Source: Styela clava (lineage: Eukaryota). Taken from it: a DNA stretch of 64,000 nt. The notes beneath the pieces were generated by a model. It did not search any database. It saw nothing but the letters and a program-made list of their open reading frames with translations, and was not told the origin of the DNA. Made by a program: the position numbers and the translations under genes. How positions within the stretch are numbered: the stretch's first letter is position 1; each line of letters starts with the position of its first letter. The stretch lies in the NCBI RefSeq assembly GCF_964204865.1, contig NC_135258.1:14694001-14758000 (forward strand), in the 5' to 3' direction. Shown piece after piece: positions 38,944-51,900 of this stretch.

Positions 38944-40333
38944 TTCAGTGTTCTCTTCATTTTACTTTTTATTATATTTTCTACGCACTTTTTTATCTTA
39001 TTTCTTTGTAATCAGAATTATTTTGAAGTCTATCTGTTTCGTTTTCTTTCTTGAATAAAATGCTTTGAAAAGTTGATTCGTACCTGTCGCTTTGAGTTTC
39101 GGGAACATATTATTGTGCGAGGAGAAGTGCAATCCCGTCCGAGACATGAATAACGAAATTACTACGCCTATCGAGAGTCTACTTGCTGAAATCTTCAACG
39201 TTTTTCAGATTAGTGAATTTATACTGTCAGTAAGCGTACGAGCCTACAAAATGTGCTTTTGGTGCATACCCTCCAACCAAAAGCGAATGAAGATGCTTAG
39301 TGTTTTAACCGACCCAGAACAAATGCGTTAGTGTTTGTGATATTATATTACGGTTTCACTGCTGATCGCCAGGTGGTATGAATTCGATACCGAGACTTTG
39401 CGTATTGAGTGCGTATATACTTTTTTACAATAGTGCCACATGATAATCGCTCTTGGATAGTACATCCCAGTAGGTAAATTTTTTTATTATTTGTGTTTAC
39501 CTTATCATGCGATTTGCACTTGAACAGCTGAGCGGTTGGGTAATTTCAATTACCTTCCTTTCTGCTTGATTGGTCGTCATAGGCATTTCATTTGAATGTT
39601 TTGAAAATCACAAGGGCGTCCACACATTGAAATAAAACGGAACAATCTATTAGAATCTGTAAGTAATTAAATTAATATATATACTTCACGTAATGCTGAA
39701 ATGCTCTCATAGGAAATTGTATCTCCACGCAAACATTGAAAAGATTATAAGCCTTTTAATTACATATGAATTTGTTGCATCATATTTGGAGCATTAGCTA
39801 TGTGTTACTACAAAATTTGTAGCAGTGTGTACATTTATAGCTACAGACCATGAAATGAGAGAGATAAAGGGTATACCATTTTCTTTCATGTGTATATTTT
39901 GATGTGTTACGATTTTGTGATGTGGCAGTAGTAATAGTTTGGAATAGGGGTTGTTATATGATGCCGCTATCTGTATGACCATAAAGGAATATTGGTTGCA
40001 ATGGATTACTGATTACGTACAGATTAAACAGGCCATGTGCAAGCGTTATATGAGCGGATAAATAATTTGTTTGTCTTTGCATTCTTGATCATTTCTAATC
40101 GTGATCAACTTGAAAGTTGAATTTTCCCACTACTTCTAGTTTTGATTTCTACTTTCGTCAAATAAATGTAACCTTCATCTTATTCTTATATAGAATTTAG
40201 CTGAATCTATGTGTAGTCTTTATGGAAGATTGAGATATGATTTCGTGGACTTCGTGTGTTCACAGAATCTTTTTGGCTGGATAACCATCTCTATTGCGTG
40301 ATAATTGTTAGAAAGAAACTGTAACGCCTCAGC

Positions 40334-41782
40334 ATGGCTTATCATAACGAATTATCTTCAAAAGTCAGAAGTTTTTCGAATTCATACACACTCGAGACAA
40401 CGGTAGAAAATACCATAGATTCTCAACCTATGTCATCGGATTATACACTTGAGCCTACGAATGATAACAGGCAGACAGAGGACTACGGCACTTTATTCCA
40501 TCACGAAGCTGAAAATATTTTTCACAATACGAACGCGTGGAAAAATGTATGCAATGTATATTGATTTAAATTATTTTTGATAATAGTTTCCATTTGTTAA
40601 ATTCCCAAGAAGTCGTTTGGTAATTAAGATTGAAAAGATAATAACTTCTTATATATATAATAAACTTTACTTCGCTAGCTATTCAGTTATTTGAACTCAT
40701 AAAGTATAATCAAACTTTACGGGTTTGAGGCTCACAGTAACAAGGGCGTTAATTTTATATAACATTTCAAATGAAACGTACAATTATTTGTTGTTTAGAG
40801 TTATTGGTAATGTTACAATACATTAAAATTTATTAAAACTTTGGACCTCCTGAAGTATGCGCACCAAGATGGCGCACAACCTGAACTCAGGTTGTGTACC
40901 AGTTTAGGGTTCAGGTTATGCGACATCTTGGCGCGCATACTTCAGGAGCACCAAAACTTTTTAGACTTCTAACTTTGTAAATATTTTGTATTTTCGCGTA
41001 TCGGAAACAATTCGCTTGCAATTGTCAATGATGTTGTCAGGTATGGCGTCACTAAACTTGCCTATTCAAAAGTTTTCCAGCACAAATAAGACTCATTTGC
41101 AAAAAACGTTGCTCTTTCTGCCTAATATGATTTCATCTGGATTTAATAAATAAAAAATTAAACCAAGAATATGTTTATACGAATCTGGTTACTTACCTTT
41201 TAATATTGATTAATGATGAATTTTGAATTTTTAGCGTTCAACTGGATCTGTTACTAACAGTAAAGCAACACACGATACTTTGACCAAAAATCATGTCTTG
41301 CCGCCACTGCCTTCAAGTCAATATTTACGGCAGCAATCGAGCGTCCCAGCCAGGAGCAATGATATTATCATTTCAAGTACGTATATTGCTTGTTAAGTTT
41401 TTAACCAGCGCGGAGATGAAACTCGGGCTTTCCCAAACTATGTCAGAATGAATACTATTGAGTTTTGAAAAGTCTAAAGGTTAAAGCATACTTGTTCATA
41501 AAATTGTATATATCCAGCCACGTGATCACCAAAATTCAGATGTGGAAAACAGAGAGGACTATTTGATGTACGGAAACATCATTTTCTAATCAAACGTTTT
41601 TATTTTAAGAAAAACAGCAATATTCAATCGTCGGACTATTTGTTATTATTGCATTAATTGCATGTGGAGGATTGGGATTGTCCGTCTACAGAGGATGCTT
41701 TGATATTTTCCCATTTTTAGGTGCTATCACGATTATTGCATTTTTTTCCATTATTGTAATGATTAGTTGTGCTCTTAAATAA
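40334..41782 (+). CDS. Hypothetical 138-aa S/T-rich protein with a C-terminal transmembrane anchor. Exons 40334-40546, 41235-41376, 41721-41782.
   Basis: Three GT-AG-bounded segments join in frame (phases 0,1) and end IIISSAITIIAFFSIIVMISCALK*. Confidence 0.55.
40843..40952. mobile_element. Hairpin MITE, Merlin-like
   Basis: Imperfect inverted arms of about 45 bp, GG...CC termini, perfect 8-bp TSD AAAACTTT (40835-40842 and 40953-40960). Confidence 0.8.
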
Positions 41783-43877
41783 TTATTTCAATGAATTTAG
41801 TCATTCCAAGTTAATATTTTTAATATATATGTTTGCGGCATTTTGAATCGAACTAAATGCTAATAAAATATTGCAATAATATTTATTATATTCAATACGA
41901 TTACCGGAGTGATATATATCGTAAAACAATCAAGCAAGTAAGGTAATGGTATAATCTAAATTTCCGTGTTCGAGTGTTATTATGATCAGCCTCAAATATA
42001 GTGCATAAAAAGGTATTCATAAAAACAAATTTTTTCAAGTGAGCCATCATAATCACATTTTATTGCATGGAAAACAATTTTACGTGCATAAAAATATGTG
42101 TATCAAAAATATGTTTTGTACATTTAAGAACCAGCTCTTGCTTTATCTCGGTGCACAATCGTTTGTTAGTCTATATATTTATATATATACATGTATTTTA
42201 ATGATAAACACAGTATTTCTGGTTTATTCTATTGGTGTAAATACTTTTTATAAAATATTGCTAAAACTTAACTTTTCATGATTTCGGAGGAAAGGTGGTG
42301 TAAAATATGTATTGTAAGATTTGGTAAAAAATATGAGAATCTGCAAGTGCCTTTCATTTGTTTTACAACAAGCATTGCATGCTTGAGTAGATTGCCTGAC
42401 AGTCTATATATATATATTGCAAATGGGAAAGCACATGAACTATGCATAACAATGCAACTCCATTACAGTATATTCTATGGATGGTGGCATGTGGAATTTA
42501 TATTCAAATCTCGGTTTATTATATATTTATATGTATAGCAGTGGCACTTCATAACTAAAGCTACAGTGCAACTGACGAAAAACCCGATTGGTATTGAATG
42601 TATTTCCTTTGGTGTTTATTGTGATCATGTTTTTGGAATCTCAAAATATCTAGAATTGTGCTTGGGGAGCGTTTTTGGCCCGTCTATTCACCGTCTTAAA
42701 TTCTAGAGAATAAATGATCAAATCACACTCCGTAGGATCCGCCAGGCAGGATAGATGGTGTACACTGTGATGATGATATTTCTACTTCTGGAAGGGTTTG
42801 CTCCTTGCTTCAAAATTAGCAAAGATGAAATTATTCGGCATTGAGTAAATAAAAAATAAATTTATATTAATGGGGAAGCATTAATGAAGAAGGTTTACAT
42901 GTGAATACTGTTTTAAAATCAATAATTAATATTAATGTGTCCCATGCAATTATTATATTCATCACAGCTTACTAGAACTTAATATTTTCGAATTTCGCAT
43001 TCGAATCCGGAGCTTTGCCAGTACAGTCAAACTTTAGACAGAGACGATACTTCTCCATGTTTTAGGAAGGTGCCTACAGTCAAACTAGTCTTTGCGATAA
43101 TTAAAATTAGCTTTCGGGAGTACATCTTATTTATTTGTACATATATGTATCGCGAAGCTGTAATTTAATATGTATATATTCAGGATTTTGTATTACAATA
43201 TTTACCAATACATCGACATTTCGGAACCAGTTGTTGGACAACGTAAACAACCGTATAAATGCTTTGTATCACAACAAATTGATTTCGAGATTTAGGAAAT
43301 AATATTTATATTGTTTAATTTCAATCCGATTAATTTTACATTTAAACTAATTTGTCACATAAACACTCCACGACATATTCACGATGCTTCACGTAATAAA
43401 ACAATGGCAAGGGATTATAGTTTTCCCTACTTTCGATTTAATGCCTAGGGGTGAAATATGAGTGGCAACAATATAATCTCCATTATCGACTCATTTGATG
43501 ACAACGAAATCAGAGATGAGAGGCTGTACGTGTTAGAGCCCGTGGTGAGCTTTCTGTTGTGGTAATTGAAGCATGTGATCACAGATTATAGGAGCCGAGC
43601 TATATTTTGGCTCAAGAGTGATCTACATATATAGTTTTATTTTTTGGATTCCTTTTCAAATACTTGAAATTGAAAATAATGACGAATGTTATTTTTTTTC
43701 CATTAGCATACTGCAAAATATGTCCAAAGTATCCAGGTGGCGGTATTTTAATATGTTAAATATAAATATAGTTCACAAGCAAAGTACAAAACCTAACATG
43801 GTAAGGTAATATTATGAGATCGATGTTGTGTATAACAATTTGATTTTTATTTCTGAAGGGTCTCTAATATAACCATC

Positions 43878-45149
43878 ATGAAAGCCAGCTATACCGCAGC
43901 TATAATTTTCTGTTGTTACGTTAGATACTGTGCCGCATATTTATCGTCAGGTAAGATTACATTCAAAATAAAATGAAAGAAACAGGATTTATTCATATAA
44001 AGTAATTTTGTAAAATTTCGCTTTCAGAATGTTCAGACTACCAATGCGCAATGCGGCGAGATCAGAGAAGAGATTGTTCACCAAAGGAAAACAAGAGAGA
44101 CAACTGCTTAGCTCTTGGTTGTTGTTTTGATAACTCAGTTTACGACACGATATGGTGCTTTTATCCGTTGAGTCTCCCACAGGGTTAGTTTACATTCATC
44201 TCTATAAAATCCTTAGTTTTGTTTCTTCTTCCATCACCTTGTATATATATATATCTTTAGGCAGGTGTCCTCATCCAGAATGCCAAGTACTACCAGAAGA
44301 TCGTATGCCGTGTTTTGCTTCACATATTTATGTGTCAAGAAGCATGTGTTCCGGTAACGGTTGTTGCTATGATGAAGATTCGTATGGTGCGCCAAAGTGT
44401 TTCATGCGAAAAGGTTTGTTTACGTTACATTATGAACTTATTCTCTACGACTACGTTAACCAATAACTAATATTTTCTACAGTCAGAGTCATCGCATTCA
44501 CCGGTTTCAGCGTAGGACTGAATAGCGTTTCTCAGCAAAACTGCGATCGTGTGGATCCGTTTCAACGAAAGAGGTGTGGAGGAGTCAGAACAACTCAGTA
44601 AGTTACTATTTCTTTTTGCAGAAGTAGTATGGATATAAGGTATAAACGAATTTTGTTTCGTTGTTGCCGGCTTGTCCAGAAACAAGCAGGCATAATACAT
44701 GAAAGACGATTAAAAACCAATTTACGGTATTTTGTATTGAATATTGTCTCACCAAGAGTGTAATAAGTACTAACAGTTATTTTATTAGAAACCCCTGGGA
44801 CTGACTGATTAAAAACTTGAGAAATGATTTGGCCCGAATAAGCACATTATAATAATATCGATGCGTGTCGAGCGAAGCCGGTCTGCGATACCGATGCCCT
44901 TTATTACAAATTGAGTATTCATTGCTTTCAGCCACGATAGTAACCTTTGTCTACGCGATATATTATAACACCGTGACAGAAACTCTAATGTCAAACTATT
45001 ACTAATATTGCAGAGAGCAGTGCACACGATTCAGATGCTGTTGGGTTGAAATTTGGCTTGCTGGACCTCGGTGTTTTTCGCCACAGCCATCAGCAACAGT
45101 GCGACGTTGGATGCAGCCTTCCACAACAAGACGTCGTTTCTTGTTTTAA
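43878..45149 (+). CDS. Secreted protein with three trefoil (P-type) domains, 210 aa. Exons 43878-43950, 44028-44183, 44261-44413, 44483-44597, 45014-45149.
   Basis: Signal-like exon MKASYTAAIIFCCYVRYCAA. Domains C..RRDC..C..GCCFD..WCFY, C..RMPC..C..GCCYD..PKCF and C..RKRCG..C..RCCW..PRCF. Phases are consistent. Confidence 0.88.
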
Positions 45150-45838
45150 TTGATTCTTATCGTTTTTTCATTTAATTTTATTATTTGTTTCAATATTTTT
45201 ATTGCACCATTATGAAAATAAATTTCACGGTAATGTTTGAAGTCGTAAATTGATTTATTTTTCATAGACAATTCGCGAGTTGTCACAGTCTAAAGTTATA
45301 ATGATCGATACGCGTTTACTTTATATGCTCAATATAATATCATTTGTGCTAGGATTAACAGGGATGTAACAATCCGATTCAATGATTGCTGAAAACTTGG
45401 TAATACGTTATATTATGGAGCTTACCTCAATCCAGCTATAGAGCAGGCCTCTCTTGTCGGCAAGCAATAACTTGTACGCATTGCCATCAATTTGTAATTA
45501 TCCACTGCTATTTGGCTAACATACCATTCCTAGCTTGAAATTTTATTATCCGTTACCCTGAAATTGGTAATAGTCACGTTGACCAGGCGCGAAACTGGCT
45601 TCGAATTACAAACTGTCTTGCTGTCTTTTTCGCGCTGACTCAGCGATTATGAATATGATTTACAACTATCACACGTTCGGTAATTGAGGAGGTGATTGGC
45701 GTCATTGACAACAGTATGTCAAGTTCATAAAATATCGGAAAGAATTACGAACGGTTTCGAAGACTTCATTTGACACAAGGAATTCATTCATTTGAAATTT
45801 GAGCGAGAGTAAGGATTCAGCTTTAAATATTCACGACC

Positions 45839-47627
45839 ATGACGCAGTTTACAGACTTTGGTCCTGGCAGCAGTTTGATTATTTTAGCATTTTTGACCGG
45901 TTTGTCCAGTCTGATTTGTTTTATTTACGTAACACTGACCCCGTGTTGGTATGTTCTATACGCCGAAGCTTCAGTAAGTATTTCCTTCAGTAGTTCCTAA
46001 AGATAACTAAAGATAAAAAATGAAGCTCAGTCGAGATTTGTTCGCTTCCGAGTAGGATTTTATGATCTCGACAGGGAAATTATTTATAAAGATATGAGGT
46101 AACGGTAAAAATATGGGGCAATAAATAAGAAATCGACGAAACTTTGTTATTCTTTATAGGGTGAACCTGTTTTTCATTTTTATTTTAGATATCTCCATAT
46201 GAAAATTGTTATGGATTGTGGACGTTTTGTAGTTCAACCGGACTTTGTGGAAAATGGCTTTCGGGTTCGCTTCTTGGACCCCACGGCGGTAATGAATCAG
46301 AAATAGAAAATTAAATTAAAAAAAAAGAATTGCAAGTTTTTATAATTTCGATGGCTTATGCAATAATATTACTGAATTGTGGATTATTTATGATTGTTTT
46401 AAAAGTTTTCCGATAGCAAACCATCAACTGTATCGAATCAGGGTGTTCAAATATGATATTTTCTGATTGGAGCAATTCTACTGGCATAAAAGTTAGCATA
46501 AAGTTTTCTTCCAAATGACATTAAACCCATTTTGCTGCCTAGCTCAGAGAAATGTATGCAGAGGACTGATGATTGGATCTTGTTTGTTGAGTGGTGCGTC
46601 ATTGTTCTTGCATTGCTTGGCAATGAAGTGCGTTTTGCTGATGAATCTGGATGTAGAAAAAAAGGCTAAATTTGCCAGAATTTCTGCTACACTCTGGCTT
46701 CTATCAGGTTTGTAGACAAATTTTATAGATTAAAATGTTTATTTAGCATCTTCAGCATTGACATTTTTTGAAGAACAAGCTATTGACCGACCGACGTCAG
46801 ATAAAACCTACATATATATTGCCCAACCGATATTTTTAACACAGTATTTTATTTAATATTCTAATATTTATTATTCTACTTATAATTACACTCTCTATGT
46901 AAAATTAGAATTAAATAATTCTTTGGTAGGCACATGCTGCCTTGCCGCAGTGACTTGGTATGCAATCGATGTGTTGAATGCTGTATGGAAAAACGAAATG
47001 CAATCAGAATTTTCCGTCGGGATTTTCACCGGTTGGGGAGCCTCAGTGATGGCGTACATTACTACCGCACTTTTGTTCGCAGGCTCATCGATGGAAAAAC
47101 GGTACATTTTTCGTTTTCGATAATGAAATTATCAATATGTTAGGTAACACACAAACAAATATTAGCAGGTCCAAATAAAATAATAGCTCGTGTAAAAATT
47201 TTATGTGATATAAAAATGCATTAAACAGTGTTTGTTCTCTATAGGCAAACGGAAATTACGTTTCACAAGACATTTTGGTCTTCAAACATTTTAGGGCGAT
47301 TGCTTTTCGAAAATTCTTTTAAAATCTGAGCGTATAATTTGTTATTTTCATTTTAGTGATGTGGCTATTGTAGAATTCAACAACAGTGCAGATCGACAAA
47401 ACACGAATTCCGGCAATTCAGGCAGAAATGAATTCAGTGGCACTAGAAGTGAGTTCCACATCCATTTCACGTTTTTTATGTGTATATATTGACGTAATCA
47501 TATTAACGAATTTCAATTGTTTTCAGATTCGACAAGACCTGCTGACAGTGATGAATTTGTGACTGAAGTGTCTTTTATTGACAGAAATTTTCATACAATG
47601 CCTGATAGAAGAGTTACTTATATGTAA
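45839..47627 (+). CDS. Claudin/PMP22-family tetraspan protein, 254 aa. Exons 45839-45973, 46189-46288, 46543-46707, 46930-47101, 47357-47448, 47527-47627.
   Basis: TM1, then W-x16-GLW-x2-C-x5-C, CRGLM before TM2, AMKC, AVTWYA, EFSVGIFTGW, and a C-terminal ..TYM resembling the claudin PDZ-binding YV. Confidence 0.88.
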
Positions 47628-48259
47628 AAATATCCATACGTCCTCACTGATCATGCTTCTATATTTTGTATTGGTTCCTTGGACAAAGCCAGCTATTTTA
47701 ATATCTCGTATATTCCTTTTTTTTTTTCATTGCAAACATTTTCAGTCTGTTTCAGTATATTTGAATGAATGTTTGTTGACATATTACTTGCTCAGTATTG
47801 GTGCAGTATTTTAATGATATAACTCAAGCAGAGATAAAACCATCATTTAATGCATTAAAAGCGTGCTATAAATGGCTATGGAGAGTATTGTTTTGCAAAA
47901 ACCATTACCAGTTTTTCAATGCTGGAAAAATGCAGACATAACCCAGGAAATGTATTGACTTTATCGGGCTAAATAGGAGACTAAGGGCAAAAGCTTTTCT
48001 TACTCCAATAGCCAATGCTCTCGCTTGCAGAGTTGTGTTTGCACATATTCCAACTGGGTCATAAATCTGTAATCCTGATACAAAAACACAAAAAGACGAT
48101 ATCGCACTTTATTGTTGACGCTAACATAGAAATATACAACTTTTACTATATCTACAATTCTTGGTCGCAATTTCGCCACATTGTCACATTACGAGGTATC
48201 AAGCATTATATTACATAGATTTTTATATAAAAAGCACCAATTTCAAATTAATCTGATAT

Positions 48260-48536
48260 CGTACAAAAACAAGAGAGCAATGCTCAAATGTGAGATGTGA
48301 TCACGGAACCACGGCACGCAATCTTTAATCTTTATGACGCCATCATGCAAAACTTCGAAGTAAAAAACGAATCTCATAGAACCAACAGATATTTGTGAAA
48401 TAAATAAAAGCAATGCCCTTCTAGCGACAGCACTGGAAATTTTAAAGCAATTGTTCCTGCCGTAGAAGAGAAAATCATTTTTTTTACAACAAAAACACAA
48501 TTATAAAACTATCCATTGGGCCATTTCGTGTCCGAT
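48260..48536 (-). repeat. Dispersed repeat family copy. Related pieces at about 50414-50600, 51260-51305, 60760-60825, 62500-62562 and 62970-63058.
   Basis: Shared motifs GGACACGAAATGG, TTCGAAGTTTTG.TGATGACG and ATTTGAGCAnnGCTCTCTTGTTTT occur in both orientations. Confidence 0.65.
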
Positions 48537-48977
48537 AAAAGGCAATCTCCTTTTCATATGGCTTTCAACTTAGCATGGCTATGGGTTTGTACAACGGCTA
48601 TATGCAGTGGGTGTGCATCGATATTTAAGCTGAATTCAGGTAGATTATGTATTTAATTATGACTACTTTGAATAAGGTATTCACGGTATGGACCAAATCG
48701 TCTAAACAACTACCATAGGACAAACACCAGTACTTTGTTTTTGACAAGACAAAAGTTCCGTGGATATGCAGTCCACACCAGTAGTCTGGTAGTCGGCGAG
48801 GTAGGCTATTGCGGAATGTTTGAAATGATAAACATATATCTTGAAATACTCACTCCGGTTTGGTTGACATCTGAATTACAATTGACTTGATCTTCAAATC
48901 TCTGACCTCCATTGCCTGCCACCATACTATCCCGTTCGGACCGTTTCGCACGAGCATACGTTCACGCGATTAATTTA

Positions 48978-51900
48978 TCATCTTTCCGCAATATCAGCAT
49001 GTTCTTGTATCGTGTCAACAGTGACAGTAGGAATGATTAACTTTGTGCATTGTACTGATTCTGGTGCAGACTCACTTCTTGTGATTGGATTTTTCAAAAT
49101 GCCTGTTGGTTTTTTAGCTTCTGTACCAGTAGAAATACTTCGAGATACTGCTGGCCGTTGTCCTAATACGTCAGAGCTTCCTTTTCTAGAGGGACAAGGA
49201 GAATTAGACGCGAGCGACCACATCATAGTACTTCGTCTGTAATCACCACCTTGATAGCTAGAAGCCGTGCTACTAGTCTTTGATACTGGGAGTTTATCGT
49301 GTGAATTTGATCCGCTAGATGACCCCATTGCACTTCTCCGCTTCCATTGAGACATTGACAAACTTTGACGTAATTTCCGGTCAATTTTTTCTTTTTTACA
49401 CAGAAATATTGCCCACATCGCTCGTCGAAAGTGACGATTTCGTATACTGTATATAATACAGTTCCAAAATGAGTTTGAAAGCAGAATACGCGAAGCAACA
49501 TATAAAGTTGACGCCAACCGAACTGATGTTTTGGGAGAATTGTTACTGAAAAAATATAAAAATATCGGGTGTTACATATTCAACTGGCAAGTACTGTGTT
49601 GGACAGTAATAAAAGAACATTTCTTGCACTTGAATAGCCATTGATGGTCAGTACACAAGTTGTGTAGCTGGTATGAAACGTTTTTAATTTTATTACAAAA
49701 CCAAATTTTACAAAACTACAATTAATCAAAACGCTGATGTATCACTTCACTTGACGGCATCGATGTATCCAAATAGCCGAAGGCCGAGCATTTGGTAAAT
49801 AAATCAGATAATATTTTAAGCCGCGACGAAACAGCGCATAAGCCTTCGTTAAGAAGTTGAAATTAATCATTATCACCCATAAACATTGACAGGCAACCAT
49901 TACCGTAGGTTGTTTGATACCGAAGAATACATGGCCGCAATAATAATTCTCCGAAAACAGTATATTTCTTAAAACGATTGAAATTTTTGGAGAAAATTGT
50001 CCGTTGTCAAATTGTACGGTACTGCATGACATTGTGTACCGTACAGTGGAATTAAGCTTAACGCAACATCCTCATGACGCCGCAATCATTTTGCAATGTA
50101 AACATTATAAAAACGTCATAGAGCATAAGTTTGTTGAAAAAAATTCTTAAGATTTATAATGCCAAGTAATTGCAAAAAGATGCTCTTACTACGAAGCATG
50201 AAATAATACGTTACAAAGTCATTAAATCTTATTATTGCACTTTTTAGCATCCTACTTCAACGTTTAAACCTGTAATTTATCAATTACTTCTTGCGACATG
50301 TTGCAAAATAATAAAGTAAATCAAAATTAACTGTTCCTTCTTAGCTGCAATCTAGTCCCGAGAGTTTCTATTTACCGCGCGTAGACGTGTGATAAGTGAC
50401 GTAATTAGTGTGATTATTGGACACGAAATGGACCTATGGATCGTTTTGTTGATATGTTGTTGCTGTGAAAATAATCGTTTTTCTCTTCAACTAGCCTACG
50501 GCACTAATTGTTTTGAAATTTCAGTGGTTAAAGCATGTTGTTGTGGCTATTTATTTATCTGTCGGCTCGTTTTTCACTTCGAAGTTTTGTGTGATGACGT
50601 TTGTTGTGGGTGTCCATATGTTTAAGCATTGCTCGAATATCATCAATTCAATATCAATATTCATCAATTTTTGCTTACCCAGATGCGACGGCATTGGCAA
50701 TCATCGTTGCTATGTTTGGCATTAACGCCAAGGTGAAAGCTCCAATCATTATGGATAGAGTTCGAGCAAGTCTTCTTTCTACACTCGCAGCTGAATTAGG
50801 AATACTGGATTGTCTCGAAAATGGCTTTTTTTGAAATGCTGAAGAAATGTTCCTCCTGCCTCTACTTCGCTTCATGCGTTCAATGATTCCGTCTCCTACA
50901 GTTCCACTCGTACGTTTTTCGTTTTTATGGTAACCAACGCTAGATGTTGACACGTTCCTGAAATATATGAATAAAATTTAATAATATGTTCCTACTAATG
51001 TTAGATGCTGGATGAACAAGTACAGCAACTTTGTTCACGGGCGCAATTTGGTGATTTCCAAACAGGGCCATAACAGAAAACATATATCTGAGAACAGAAG
51101 TTTTTAAAACTCGTTTCAAACCCAGCCTTTACCAATTCAAAAAGATGAAAAGATGGGGAAGGAGTAAGCGCGAAAAAGAGACAATGTCCTTCAGCCTCAG
51201 CGTCTCATGTGTCCGCTTCTATGATTTTCTTGGCCATATCGTATCGGTACCGATAAGTGACCTTCGTCCCTATATGTATATTTGAGCAGTGCTCTCTTAT
51301 TTTGCTTTTACATTATTCATTTAAATAATATTCAAAGTAAAGCAATTTGAGCTGAACAATGAAACGGATATATCCAGCAGGTAACAGAAATTGAATTGAA
51401 ATCCGGTGTTTTGTAAGTATCCAGTTTTTTGAATCTTGTTAATGCTAAACTTCCCATAGCCACAGCAATAAAGCAAACTATAAATTTATATCGGGAAGTC
51501 ATATTATTTCTACCTAATAATGAAACAAATTTGGATGACGACAATTGAATGAAGAAAGTTTCAGAAAACTATAATGCGCTCGCGCGTAAGAAGACTGTCT
51601 GTTTGGCATTTGCATTGAGAATTGACGTTATTCAGTTTCTCTGGAACCAGCACGTAATATCACAACAATTCAGCTTACTACTCGGAGTAATAAACATTTG
51701 CTAATTGTCTTCTAGAAATTATTACTTGTTTGGGTGAAATCTTAGCGTAAATTTGAATATTTCAAATCATGTAAAAAAGGCGAAGCGGAGTCAGTACTGT
51801 GTACGAAACTGACTAATAAGGAGATTTGCAATTCTGAATGAAATTTTGTCTCTGAGACCGGTTTCTATTTCTATGTTTTTCAGGATGTCTGACATTTAAA

